Assembly: GCA_032718475.1 (NCBI GenBank)
Contig: JAUCBJ010000559.1
Span: forward strand, 1-51,289
Direction: 5' to 3'
Source of the DNA: Nemertoderma westbladi
Lineage: Eukaryota > Animalia > Xenacoelomorpha
Length of the DNA: 51,289 nucleotides
The stretch's first letter is position 1. Every line of letters begins with the position of its first letter. The notes under the pieces were generated by a model, which ran no database searches, was not told where the DNA came from, and was given only the letters and a program-made list of their open reading frames with translations. Below are positions 25,021 through 38,400 of the stretch, one piece after another. The position numbers were made by a program, and so were the translations under genes.

Positions 25021-25609
25021 TTTTGGTTCGCTGGAGTAGTTTATAATATTTTGGCTTATTTTTGAAATTTACCGCGCTTTACATAAAATTAGCGGGAAGG
25101 TTTGAAAACTTAAAATGCGTTTTTCTCAGCATCTTATTTTTCGTCAAATTTAGAAAAAAATGTACCTTTTTCTCGAGAACAACGGCTTGATGGAATTGGC
25201 TGAAATTTTCGCAGCAGGTTTGTTGTAGTGAGACACAATTGTGGAACCTCTAAAAACATACAGTATGTTTAAAACAATTATCAAATGAATTTCTAATATA
25301 AACTTCGAAAATGTGTCATTTTTTGGTCAATTTTTTTTAGGTTCCAGGTGTGTCTCAATAGTTACTCCGCGATGCTGGAAATTTTTATAAAATTCCATCT
25401 TGTAGAACCAGCGTAATGGGTACATATGTGTTAATAGTAAAATGTATGTCTAATGTCTGTATGGGGTACCATCTCCCCTTAACGTTTCTAAATATATTGT
25501 TACAGGAGTCGGTACTGTTATTAATTGATTATAACCGTTCGATCTCAAGGTTTGCATATATTGAAATTAATGTTTATAATTTTTATTTAGATCAATATTT
25601 ATATGTCTC

Positions 25610-26260
25610 CACATAATATTACTTCTAGTTTTGAATTATCAAGTTTGGATAACTGATTTTCTAATATATTATTGAAAGTATCAATCGTTACTGTATCAGG
25701 CCGATATATGCATCCGATTATAACGCAATATCTTTTACTATGAGATCAGGACGATCAGGAGATCAGGACGGTTTTCATACTTACATTGATCATTTATATA
25801 AATCGCAATACCACCGCGGTCTTTCTGGCCATATTTCCTGAGGTCAACAATTGGTCTCGAGTCCCTCAATATTATATAATTTTAAGTCATCTATTTCGGA
25901 AAGGAAGGTTTCTGAAAGAGCTATAATATTATCTATTTTTTTATTTAGCGATTCTAGAAAAATGCAAATATCAGTGAAGTTTTTACGTATACTTCGACAA
26001 TTTAAACTGAAAACAGAAAACGAATTTGAATCATTTTGAAATATACAATAAAAACCTCTGAATAATAACATTCCGAATTTAGATTATCACAAATATTTAT
26101 ATCTGGATCAATATCATTGAGTATAAGAGTATAGTTGGCATTGAGTATAGTTTGGAGTATAAGAAGATGATACATTACTGTCATCATCGTAATTGAAAAA
26201 TATAGTAAATATATTTAAATCGTCATCTGGTACAGTACTAAACGGGAAAATATCATTCGT
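25610..26260 (-). pseudogene. AP-endonuclease N-terminal fragment of a CR1/L2-group LINE
   Basis: NDIDPDIN, SLNCRSIRKN, IIALSETFL, RGGIAIYI and GCIYRP motifs across frameshifts. Confidence 0.85.
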
Positions 26261-26266
26261 GCAGTG

Positions 26267-27491
26267 ACTACTACTACTACTAGGTCGAGCGAACTCGGAC
26301 AGTGGAAATTAGATCCTTCCAGGCTTCTCGATTCTCCATAGTTGTCGCAATTTCGTTTCTCCCAAGTTCAGTATCCCTTTCAAGTTGATCTATATATGTT
26401 ATGGCCGGTCGTCCACGACTACGCTTTCCATGAGTTGGTTGCCAGAAAAGTAGGTCTGGTATGACCTCGTCTTTACTTCGCCAGCAGTGCTCACTGAATC
26501 TTAATCTGCGTTCACGGAGGGTGGTTGATACAGGCGGTATTGTACCATAAAGCTCGGCGTTTGTCATGTGTTGTCTCCAGCTGATGTTTAGGGCTGCCCT
26601 TAGTAGTCTTGTGTAGCAACCATCAATTCGTTGTTCAAGTGATTTAGTCAGTGTCCAGGTCTCATCCCCGTATAAAAATACACTTTCCACTGTGGCTCGA
26701 AAGAACTTAGTCTTCAGGTGCCTGGAGAGATCTGATTTCCAGATGGTATCCATTTTTGATAGAGCTACCCAAGCCTTTGCTTTCCTAACTTCTATGTCCT
26801 TTTTGCTACTCTCTATCCATGATCCAAGGTACTGGAAGTCATCGACCTTCCTTAGTTGATTATTATCAATGGTTGTCAAGTTTCCATCAACATTAAAGGT
26901 CATGAATTCGGTCTTGGTAGCATTTATATGCAATCCAACCTCCTTAGCAGCCCTCTCCACTTTATTTAGTAGAAGCTGTGCATCTGCTAGCGTATTAGAG
27001 AGCAGGGCGATGTCATCCGCAAAGTCGGTGTCTGTGACTGTAGTTGCCGGATATCTACTACTTCTGCGTTCTTGAAGTGTGAATCCCAGATCTTCACCCT
27101 TTGTGGCTGTCCTCATTGCGTAATCCAGCACAATTACAAATAGTAATGGTGCTAATGTGTCACCTTGCAGTACGCCAGCCAGGATTGAGAAAAACTCAGT
27201 TTCACGATCTGGTGAGAGTACCTGCGCTTCTGTGTCACAATATAACAATCCAATGCCAGCAACAATTACTTCTGGTATTCCATAAGCTCTTAGGATTTCA
27301 AGCATTTTGCCTCTATGGATGGAGTCGAATGCCTTCTTGAAGTCCACAAAAGTCATGACTGCGGGGAGATTCTTTGACTTAATTCCTTCAATCAGTCTCC
27401 GTAGTGCAAGTATCTGAGCTATTGTTGATCTACTTGGTCGAAATCCGTTTTGGCTCTTACGCAGTAGTTTCTCTATGTGAGGCCCAATCCT
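26267..27491 (-). mobile_element. 5'-truncated RTE-clade LINE with an uninterrupted RT-to-C-terminus frame (about 400 codons) and (TAG)n tail
   Basis: QNGFR, FVDFKKAFDSI, GVLQGDTLAP, FADDIALL, YLGSWI, RGRP. The stop codon is the first unit of the (TAG)n tail. Confidence 0.95.
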
Positions 27492-28123
27492 ATATAGAAT
27501 ACAATGTGTGTGAATGCAGTGCAGTGCATGCAGTGCAGTGCATGAATACATGAATACAATGCAGTGAATACAATATAAATATCAGAGAAATCTGTCTGTG
27601 AAAGTCTTGTACCGCACTGGTAATGGTAAAGACCTTTACATACCTCACACAGAGAAAAGCTACATCTTTCTTTTGGAATCGATTAAAACAGAAATGGCAA
27701 GAAGAAGAAACTAGGAAAGGGACAGAGGAGATGGAATGGGGAATAATCATAGTAGAATAGGGGAAAACAAAAGAACAAAAATAATAACCAACTTACTAAA
27801 TACCATGACAGCACAAAGCTAGATAAGAAACCAAGCTAAGTTTCTGACTAAACAGGTAAACACAATTGCTATACTGTTGAGATACGAGTATAGGTACAAG
27901 GTACAGTATTTTTTTTTTTTCAATTCAATTTCTTTTAATTCGCTATCTGGGCGACAATAAAAATTATGCAATATGCACAACAACATAATGAAATAATGGT
28001 TAGTATAAGGATAGTACGACTCGTGAAAATAAATAAAATACATATTGTTTGTGTTACACACGCAGAATAAGCCATATATAGAATCTATATGAGTATGTTA
28101 TATTTTCTATATGAATACATATA

Positions 28124-28662
28124 TGTTAGCTTATTCAATCCCGCTAACACCCCATAAAGTTATGAGCCGATGAGCAATATTGGGAGCCACGAGATTGGGT
28201 AATTAACCAACTCGTGCCATCCCAATAAGAGTGGGAAGGAAGCACACAATAGAGGGTCAGGGGCCAAACCCCCTAACCCAGAGAGAACAGGTGGAGTGAA
28301 CGGGAACACTCCACGGGGCGCCAACAAGGGTATCAACCAATCAGAGGGGGGCAAGGCATCGATTAGGTAGTAATTAGGCCAACCGTGTAATATAATCAGT
28401 AACCTATTAATCAGTAATTCAGTTATCTCAGTGCAGTAGTGCTAGTATAGGTTAGTTAGTTTAGATAGGGGAGCACGGGACTTTAGTTACCGTATCCCGC
28501 CTTCCATATATTATACTATCATCAGATCATATCTATATCTTATACCAATTATATACAGCGAACATCAGAACTCATTTACCGTTTCCATTTACTCTTTACA
28601 CACGGCGGGGACGCGTAAGCTAAACACCGGATAAACCGGGATCCCTCCTGGATCCCGTCACA
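28124..28662 (+). repeat. 5' LTR of a second, diverged member of the gag-only LTR family
   Basis: TGTTAGC...CCCGTCACA, 539 bp, reverse-complement homolog of 660-1199. Confidence 0.93.
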
Positions 28663-28730
28663 GTAACTAAATCAGCTGCCGCCCTAGACAAACTCAATAG
28701 CCACTAGCCACCGAAATCTGCAGAAGAGAG

Positions 28731-29213
28731 ATGAGTCGGTCAGGTGACACGACACCGACGCGGACCCCGGACGAAGAGCTAACGATCCGCGAGGCCGCAA
28801 CCAGGCGATACAGGCCCACGACGCCGGACCTATCGGTAACGGGCGAACCGGAAGTTCAAGGCGAGGGGAGCCTGGAACAAGAGGTCGAGCCAAGAGGAAG
28901 GGAGAGCGAGACGGAGGGAGACGGAGATGAGTCGACACGGGACGGAGATCGGCGCACCGATGTCGCCGGCCAGCTACGGGCCGAGGGCGACGAGCGGCCC
29001 ACCGAAACGGCGACGGTGGGGCCGACGGTGCGACGCCGGACGCGAAGAGACGGAGGAGACATCGGTACCGATGTCGCCGGCCAGCTACAGGCCGAGGGCG
29101 ACGGACGGCCCACCGGAACGGCGACGGTGGAGCCGCCGGTACGACGTCGAACCCGGAGGGACGGAGGAGAGGTCGGCGACGAGGACGTCGGGGTTTCAGA
29201 GCGAACTCCGACG
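28731..29213 (+). CDS. gag: N-terminus of a Gag-like protein, cut by the adapter junction
   Basis: MSR..TTP.RTPD..LTIREA and TDVAGQ...VRRRTRRDGG match 6781-6400; internal duplication of about 32 aa. Confidence 0.8.
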
Positions 29214-29266
29214 AGTACTCTGCGTTGATACCACTGCTTTAAGCAGTGGTATCAACGCAGAGTACT
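29214..29266. other. Technical artifact: head-to-head SMART-type / PacBio ultra-low-input amplification adapters
   Basis: AAGCAGTGGTATCAACGCAGAGTACT at 29241-29266 and its exact reverse complement at 29214-29239. Confidence 0.98.
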
Positions 29267-31360
29267 ATGTCCCCCCACCCTCCCTACTGCTTTTTAAATA
29301 TGGAACGACATTTCCAGGTTTTATTTGTAAATTGCCGAACCCACCCCCCTCCCATCATATATATATTTTTAACTGTTTGATTTAACTATATTAATTAGAG
29401 ATATTCGCTATTTAATATATAGGAATTTATTGTCCCCCCACCCGCCCTACTGATTTATGAAATAATTAATAGGATTCGGGAGACTGTATTGTCGACGAAC
29501 TGAAGGCCAACCGTATTTAGGGACTGTAAACTATATGGAATGTCTCAACCCACGTTGCCATTAGTACAACTATTGAATGCAGACCATTACTCACTGTCAT
29601 CATGCAGTTGGTTACAGCAGACAGTTAGGTAATGAGAATACATAATTATAGAAAACAAATTGTATATTTATTCATAGAATATATATTTATAAAAGTACCG
29701 ACATAGTAAATGTTTTCATATATACAACGTAGTAATAAGTTACAATTTGTAGTGGAATAAGAGTCAATACTATGGGGTTTGATAAAGATTTTTAAGTTCT
29801 GTGTATCGTATGGTACACATATTGATTAGGGCGGCCTTCACTACCTAACGAATTGTTGACTCAAATTTTTCCATTACCAAATTGTAACTTATTACTCAAT
29901 TAAAATAAAATAAAGTAGATGTACTGAAATAGATAGAAAAAACAAGGAAATACGAAAATATAATTTGGAAATGAAATTGAGACATATTTTGTGAATGTTT
30001 GTTACACTTGATAACAGCTGATCACAAAATCACAAAGAACTGAATACTTATAAAATATGCAATTTTAGTTGAGATATAATTGTAAATATTCAGAAAGATT
30101 AATAAAAAAAGGGTAATAATATTTCTGAAATATTAATTGGACGCGCTCAATGAAATTTTGAACATCCCTTTTGTATAATTAATATATACTTCTAGTCTGG
30201 GCCGTTAATATTGAGAAAATTAAATTTTAATAATAATTTTCTAAAATGCAATACATGTACATTACGATCAATGTACAATATATCTTTGGATTCAATTTAT
30301 AATTTTTTTCATTTTAAGATTGTGTGAGAAATGTTCACACTTAGTGAACCACCAGTGCTGTAAAATAAGTCAGTAATCATAAAAGTATCACACATCATGA
30401 TTAAATATATGCATGGAAACTAAATTCGCATATGCAATTAACATTAACTTTGTTTAGGAGCACAAAAAACTGTAATATATTTAATTGATTAATTGGATGC
30501 CGTTTATTGTTTTGGTTACTGTGACTTCAATGATATTAGCTATCTTTCCTTTAACTTTTAGTAATGTATCCAATTACATGTTGGCGAAATTCAATACCAC
30601 GTTTAATACTTTTATGATTACTCAAAATTTGCGATTATAAAATATTATCCAATAGATAATATAAAAAAAGTTTCTAGATAAAATAGAAACTGTCTGACTG
30701 ATAATTACAGCCAATTTTCCTATATTATTGCACGAAAGTTGTGATCGCGCAAAATATTAATGAATACTCAAAGTGGATATATGAAATAAAGAAATTATGT
30801 ACAGTACAAATAATAAGAGTTACGCAATACGGCAGCCAATCATAACAATAATCCAGCCCTATAAAAAATAAATACCAGAATAATATTCTGAAATATCCCA
30901 CCTTTTGGAACAGAGAATAAATAGAAAGTGAAAGATATAAATTGTGAAAGAATTAATATCGTTACTATCTGATATTTCTTATAAAACTTATGAATAATAA
31001 TGCAGCTACCATGGCTACTGAGCTATGTATGGATGCTGATGGTGGTCAGCTGATTGTGGAATTGTCATCTTGTGCAAGAAGCAAGCGTGCCTGGTCAGGG
31101 TCTCTCTTCAACTGTATATTGTTGGTTATAGTTTAATCTCAGATGAAAAATATATAACTGTTGAAAATATACTAAAATAATATTAGGTCTAATTTGTTTA
31201 TAACAGAAAACTGCATAGACCCCAAAGACATATTGTGTTATATATACAGCATGACAAAAAATTAACCATAATTAAAATATATAGAGGACCTACCTACATT
31301 AGCCATGAATTTATCTCTCGCTACAAATGAAACCAGAATTTAACAGGTACTTTGGTAAGT

Positions 31361-31973
31361 CATTAGTGCAGCGTGACCCCGCGCCCGGGTAAGACATTAG
31401 TGCAGCATGGCCCCGTGCCCGGGTAAGACATTAGTGCAGCATGGCCCCGTGCCCGGGTAAGACATTAGTGCAGCGTGACCCCGCGCCCGGGTAAGACATT
31501 AGTGTATGACCCCGTGCCCGGGTAAGACATTAGTGCAGCATGGCCCCGTGCCCGGGTAAGACATTAGTGCAGCATGGCCCCGTGCCCGGGTAAGACATTA
31601 GTGCAGCATGGCACTGTGCCCGGGTAAGACATTAGTGCAGCATGGCACCGTGTCCGGGTAAGACATTAGTGCGCATGACCCCGTGCCCGGGTATGACATT
31701 AGTGCAGCGTGACCCCGCGCCCGGGTAAGACATTAGTGCAGCATGGCCCCGTGCCCGGGTAAGACATTAGTGCAGCATGGCCCCGTGCCCGGGTAAGACA
31801 TTAGTGCAGCATGGCCCCGTGCCCGGGTAAGACATTAGTGCAGCATGGCACTGTGCCCGGGTAAGACATTAGTGCAGCATGGCACCGTGTCCGGGTAAGA
31901 CATTAGTGCAGCATGACCCCGTGCCCTGGTAAGACATTAGTGCAGCGTAATCCCGCGCCCGGGTAAGACATTA
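31361..31973. repeat. 34-bp GC-rich minisatellite (CATTAGTGCAGCATGGCCCCGTGCCCGGGTAAGA), about 18 copies
   Basis: Head-to-tail units with a few recurrent variants. Confidence 0.97.
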
Positions 31974-33082
31974 TGGTGGTGGGTGCCCGCTTACAATACT
32001 GACATTTGCATAAAAATATAAAAGGCTCTGCTCTCCCTGAGAAAATCAGATGGTGCCTCTTATTGGAGGCAACTACATTCTCCTCTTAACTGGAAAAAAG
32101 AAGAGAGATTCAATGTAACAGAAGCAACAAGGGAGCTTATGTCTACCGGACGAATCCAGAAAGCTCTCCATTATGTACTTAAATAGACTGGTCGGGTGTT
32201 TCAAGGAAATGTGTAGTAAGTATCCCATATATGTACGCTGTACGGTACCCCACACGATTATAATCTTAAATATGGAACGATGTCTAACAATGTTAGAAGC
32301 AATATCCAACATTACTTTTGTTAAATTCTATATATATTTGGTTTACCAAGCCTGAAGAGAACCCAACGAGATGTTGCATTCTAGAACAAACTAATATTTA
32401 TATAAACTTGCTGGTAGGAGCACATAATGTTCTAGAACTCTTGATAATTATAATTTTCATATTAAATTGACGAGTGGAGTAAATAACGAAAATGGCGAAA
32501 ACATTATGCTCGCTCTTTAATTTATTTTCTCAGGAGAGATATAAAATAATGTTATATCTATAAATAAGCAATATCTATATTAAAACTTCCGAAACGTATT
32601 TTTTAGAGAAATATGGCCTCCGACCTCCCCTATAGCCATACCTTGCACCACCAAACGAACAATATGATATCAATTAGCCATTCAAAGTTTTTGATTTTTA
32701 TATTTTTGTGTCTATTTTTGTATATTTCCATTTGATCATAAATACATTTAATTGAAATTAATGGACAAAACCATTTTCGGTTGACAAAGTTATCACGAAA
32801 AAGTTTAAAAAATACCAAATGTTACAAAAGTTGGGACAAATACATTATAAAAATGTCATTATTATAATGAATTAATTTTATTAATTAATGGTAGCTTCAT
32901 GAATGTGTATATTTATAATGGTTTTCAAAGGTTTTGTGTATAAATTTATATGTATAATTTTTGCAGCTATTGTTGTCCTTTGCAAGACAGATAGTAATAG
33001 TCCATTACGAGATAGATGTAAGTCGTTGTCAATTACGCGATAGAAAATACTCGCGCTACATTACGACTTACGAAACAGATAA

Positions 33083-33628
33083 TAGTTGATGTACATGGTA
33101 TACTAGTTGATGTACATGGTATACTAGTTGATGTACATGGTATACTAGTTGATGTACATGGTATACTAGTTGATGTACATGGTATACTAGTTGATGTACA
33201 TGGTATACTAGTTGATGTACATGGTATACTAGTTGATGTACATGGTATACTAGTTGATGTACATGGTATACTAGTTGATGTACATGGTATACTAGTTGAT
33301 GTACATGGTATACTAGTTGATGTACATGGTATACTAGTTGATGTACATGGTATACTAGTTGATGTACATGGTATACTAGTTGATGTACATGGTATACTAG
33401 TTGATGTACATGGTATACTAGTTGATGTACATGGTATACTAGTTGATGTACATGGTATACTAGTTGATGTACATGGTATACTAGTTGATGTACATGGTAT
33501 ACTAGTTGATGTACATGGTATACTAGTTGATGTACATGGTATACTAGTTGATGTACATGGTATACTAGTTGATGTACATGGTATACTAGTTGATGTACAT
33601 GGTATACTAGTTGATGTACATGGTATAC
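33083..33628. repeat. 21-bp perfect minisatellite (TAGTTGATGTACATGGTATAC) x26
   Basis: 546 bp of identical units. Confidence 0.98.
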
Positions 33629-34749
33629 AACTATTCGAAGACTATCATATTTATAAATTTGTTTACTTTTCTGTAAACTTTTGAAACATTTGGTGTGAAT
33701 ATTTGAGTTTTTAGAGCAGAAAATGAATTGAAAATGGTTCCTAACTAACACTCATTTCCATGGGAGGAACACAATCATTATTCACGGACACCATATTATA
33801 TACTTTATATTCTTGACCCAGATGGGAATTAGATGGCCGGCCTTTAAAGTAATTTGACATGAAAAAAAAATAGAAAAAACTTATTTTTCTTCTAGAAACG
33901 TAAGACACAATTACAATATAAATATTCCCGGGTAGACCGTACCCTGAAGAATATAATATAATGTAAATCTGTCTGTACCGTATAGGCCTATACTTTTAGA
34001 TACAACACGTATACATTTAGACACATCCACCCGTCTAAGATGGATAATAATACATAGCAATATTATTTATTATTTGGCAACTTATGTACCGGTTGTTAAG
34101 GTTTAGATGCGATTTATGTATTAAAGGACGTCTGGAAACGCACAACCACAAGTGTAGTGTGAAAGAGGGATATTTAAATAGTCTGAAAACAACAATTTAT
34201 AAGTAATTGTCTTGTACCAAACTGAGAAAAGGGTTGCGGTATTTCTAACTTCATTATTTATTTTAAAAAAAGCTTAAACTTTCAAGCATGTTCAAAAACA
34301 TATTGAACAAAAATATAACATAAGTGTGGGATTCCAACATACTAAAAACACAATTCTATCCGTGGCAGAAAAGTAAATTTTCGCTTATTTGAGGACTGTG
34401 AGATAGACTTGAGACAATTAATAATTGTACTTGTGTTATTTATAAAAAGATAATTTATAGAACTGTTTGATCATCTGTTCGATTTTGAGTTATTAGTGAA
34501 TATAAAATTTATTTTTACCTTTCCAATACGCTATAACACTTGCCTTCATTTTAAGTGTTTGAAAAATGTAATTGAAGTTGTCATGTCCATCTAAAACCCA
34601 TTCACCAGTTAAGTCATTTTCTAGACGACAATGAAAGCACGCGAATTATTATACGAATTAAGTAAATTAACTGTCTAATAATTGCAACAAAGTTTCAAAA
34701 AGGTCTGTAATTCGTTTAGAAACAATCTGAAGTTTGGGCAAAAATTACT

Positions 34750-35105
34750 TTGACAGGCAGATCGCTCGCTGGACCTACATAAAAACCGACATACAGACAT
34801 AGTAGGTTGCCATCAAACATAAAAATGACGTCGGAAATGAAATGAGAATCCACGATAACCCCAATAAAAACGTTTTAGTTACGTGGGTTGCTTTCCATAT
34901 ATTTTGACAGACAGACAGACTGACAGATCATCGGACGGGTAGACAGCCTGACATAGAGACTTCGTTAAAAGTGAAAACTCACGTTAGGGATGAAGTCAGT
35001 GTCCATGAAAGACCCCATAACAAATTTGTTATAATATGACAGACAAACCGTCAGAAACACAATCCCAGACAAACAGTTTTCCTTTTCACAGACATTACAG
35101 AGACT
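34750..35105. repeat. Degenerate (CAGA)n-containing repeat related to 24480-25020
   Basis: CATCAAACAT.AAAA...GAAATGAAAT...ACCCC motif and ACAGAC runs. Confidence 0.6.
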
Positions 35106-35417
35106 TTAGTTGTTTGTTATCGATATTCATATACCACCGACTAAAACACGGTGCCTTTTTTTCAGTTGGGTAGGTGGTACAAGACAAATACTTGTAATAA
35201 ATTACAGTTTTCAGATATTTTTGAATATTACACTTTCAACCTATACGAGTAATTGTTTCATAAACATTTTATTGAAACAAATTAAGTAAAATATAATAAT
35301 AATAATTAATATTAAATAAATAAATAAATTAAATACATAAATTAATTAAAAATAAACATTTTTGGTTTCCGTGAATAAAATATTTAGGTTTTGGGAGAAA
35401 CATGCGAGAAATAAATC

Positions 35418-38400
35418 CTACCTCATACTTACCAGTGTCAGTTCGTCGTAGTGTTCGTCATGTAGAACATCCATAGCGGCCTGTACAATTTGGGCGGACG
35501 TTGCATTTGCGACTAACGCGTCCCGAATGCTTGTCCTCAAATTGCACCGCCGTAGGATGTTCTGTGGGTCACGACCCCCACCGGGAAATCCTGTAATGTA
35601 AAATGTCACGAACCACCTACCTAATGACCTACAGTAATGGTCTGAGACTCCCTCAGAATTGTGTCTGCGAAGCTGCTTTTTTAGATTAGCAGCCTCGCCT
35701 ATGAAATGGATGAGGAAATCTGTGGACTCAATACAGTAGACAAATCCCGTAGACGTGTTAGGGATCAGTCTACGATAAGGAGGGATGGGGTTATTGGCCG
35801 CAATGTTATATAAATTGTCGCGTGGGAGGGCAACATTTTGGAAATCCCTGCTGTCAATCATACGCGAAATAAATTTAGCATATATTGACGGCACATTGAG
35901 TAAGGAACGGATTGCTTTGATGTTGTCATCCAAGTTTCCAACAAACATTAGGTTATCCAGAGTACGGACCCTGGATACCAAAACTAAAAGTTGTTCTTTG
36001 AGCCATAGATTCCAAATGTCGTCAGGGTCATGCGTCCGTCCTTTTTTATTCAGTTTATGGCGTATTTGACATGCTACTTTCTCACATGTTTCTCCCAAAA
36101 CCCTGTGCAGAGTCATGGCTAGCACATAAAGTAGGGGCCACTGTTCGCGATGGGCCTTTTGTAGGTCCGACCCTACTTGAATATCAATAGACACATGTCG
36201 ACGTAAAGATATCAGTGGGAAGTGGCTGATATTGTTTACGTCGATATGTGTCTCTTGTGGCGGCGCTAGACGGACCATGACTCTCTGTTCCTCCCATGGA
36301 TCTGTGTCCACTGGTAGACCCTCAACTACCACCAATTGCCCCTGGGAAAATACGTGCCCCCCAACTGCCCCATTGTAAGTTAACCGCATGATCCCCCCCT
36401 TGTGTAAATAAATTTCCCGCCTGTCCATGACCTCCCTTTCCAGTGCCTGAGTTACCCTAGTTGAAGCTAGCCCCCAAGAATCCACCCCACACTGCATCTC
36501 GTCCCTAGCCAAAAATGAACCCCCCTCCAAGTTGACCCTAGCCTTCAGTTTGGTTAGGAAGGCCTCAGTGGCATGTTCCTCAGCTTTGTGCGTACCAACC
36601 AGGGAGGTGTAATCTTCTGGTACGTCTTCCCAGGAAGGAACAATGTTGCGCTCACACCGCGTTCGTATGATTTCAATAGCCGATTCAATCTCCACGTCGG
36701 TGAGGGAAGGGCGCCGGAGAAGCTCTAACAAGCGCCTCAGATCGGCGTCCCCCCCAGCACGGACGTATTGATTGAGTCGGGCTATCCTGAAGGTTGTCAG
36801 AAAGTGCGGTGACAGCCAGATGGGAAGTCCCGATACAGGTGGCAACTGTGCCGGATCGCCGCTGGCGATTAACAGAGTGCCACCGAACGGAACATCCACA
36901 TCCTTGACCTTTCGGAGGACGTGATCTAGTACGGCGAAATCTTCTGCACTAAACAGGCCGATTTCGTCGACTAGAATCACGTCCACACGCTGCAGGACTG
37001 CCAGCCGCACTTTGCTCTTAGCTAACCTCATTAGGCTTTGCTCGGCTAACGCACTTACCATCTTTTTGGTGGCTGTTCCTTGGCCACCAAGGCTAAGGAA
37101 TCGATGGTAATGCATTCCGCCGAGCACACGGGACCTCCGGGCAGTGAGTGAAATAAGGGCAACTTTTAAATTTCGAGCTAAGGCATGTGCGCCTGCTGTC
37201 AGGAGTACGTGAGTCTTCCCTGTTCCCGGGGCGCCTACAATAACCGGAGATTCCACAAATGTGGTTGTGGGATCTTTGATTTTGTCTATTGCTTGTTTAC
37301 AAAAATCTAAACAAGCTCGCTGTTCCAATACTGACTCTACATTTTGTAACGGACATTGGTTTATGACTGCTTCCCAGTCCTGTGGTAAAATGTTACCTGA
37401 AACTTGGCATAAGTTATCATCAGGGAGGTTAGAAACCCCCTGTTCCCTGAAACCCTTTATTAAGTTGGCGTGACGAGTAAACTCCTGATTCGCCAGATCA
37501 GTGGAAAGTGCAGCTTGGAACAGCGATTCCAGCACCAAAGGCATGTTTGTATATTTCAGACCGTCCCCAGCCAAAAAGGATTTTAATACAGAGTTGGAAG
37601 CCATTAACAGTTTTTCAAACTGTCTAGTACTGATAGGCTTATACTGGAGCTGCTGAGTGACGTAATCATGACGAATTTTGAGAGACTCAGCCTCCGTCAC
37701 ATTACGCCAATCAGCAACCAGCTTTGCCTTCTGAAAACATTCCAACAGATTGCCTACGGAATACAGGTCAATCTCGTTAGAAATATGTCCCATAGACATC
37801 AGGACATGGATGATAAATTTTTCGGTCTGCATTGGTGTTACATTGGAATAGACAATCACAACAGGCTTTGTAGACGCCAAATCAACATAACGACTTACGT
37901 ACTCTGGTTGATTTTGAATTATAGGTCCAAAGACCGCCGCTAAAAGTTCCCCAGCCAATGGCTCCCCCCTTCCCGCAATTTCAGTTAAAAAGCTAACAGC
38001 AGTTGCAATACCAGAAGCTCGAACTTTAACAAGATGCCCTATTCCATCCACCCACCGTGACTCACCGAGTTCGCTTGGGAATGACCACTCCCCTTGGAAA
38101 GATTCTGTGATAAAACATTTGTGGTACATTCCCAATTGGTTGAATACTCGCAGTTCTGGAGGACGCAGGTTGAATTTGGTCAAAGAGTCGGCGTAATAGG
38201 GACTGAGGATGTAGTCGTCGATGAGCATAACCTGAGACTCGGTGAACTGCCGTTCTTGAGGGAGATCGACACGTGTGCTCACCGGTCTCAGGGTCTGCCC
38301 ATCTTCTTGGATTTCGATGAGTTTGCGCTTCTTATTGCCGGGGTTACGGTTATGGAATCCGGGTCTGTACCCTGGGGCTAGAGTCGATACGTGTTTAAAT

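Noticed and set aside
25610-27491. Single LINE made of the APE and RT pieces
   Set aside because: The APE lies downstream of the RT and its tail on the same strand and is of a different type, so these are two elements.
29214-29266. Perfect 53-bp palindrome as a biological hairpin or element terminus
   Set aside because: It is an exact match to a library adapter sequence.
31046-31111. Possible terminal host exon on the minus strand (LKRDPDQARLLLAQDDNSTIS*)
   Set aside because: It has a CAG acceptor but is only 22 codons, with no recognisable homology or partner exon.
33068-33751. 227-aa His-rich ORF (YHVHQLV)n
   Set aside because: By-product of a stop-free frame in a perfect 21-bp minisatellite.
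35132-35179. TACCACC...GGTGGTA inverted repeat as the Helitron 3' hairpin
   Set aside because: Short stem with a long loop and no adjacent CTRR-type end; cannot be supported from one copy.
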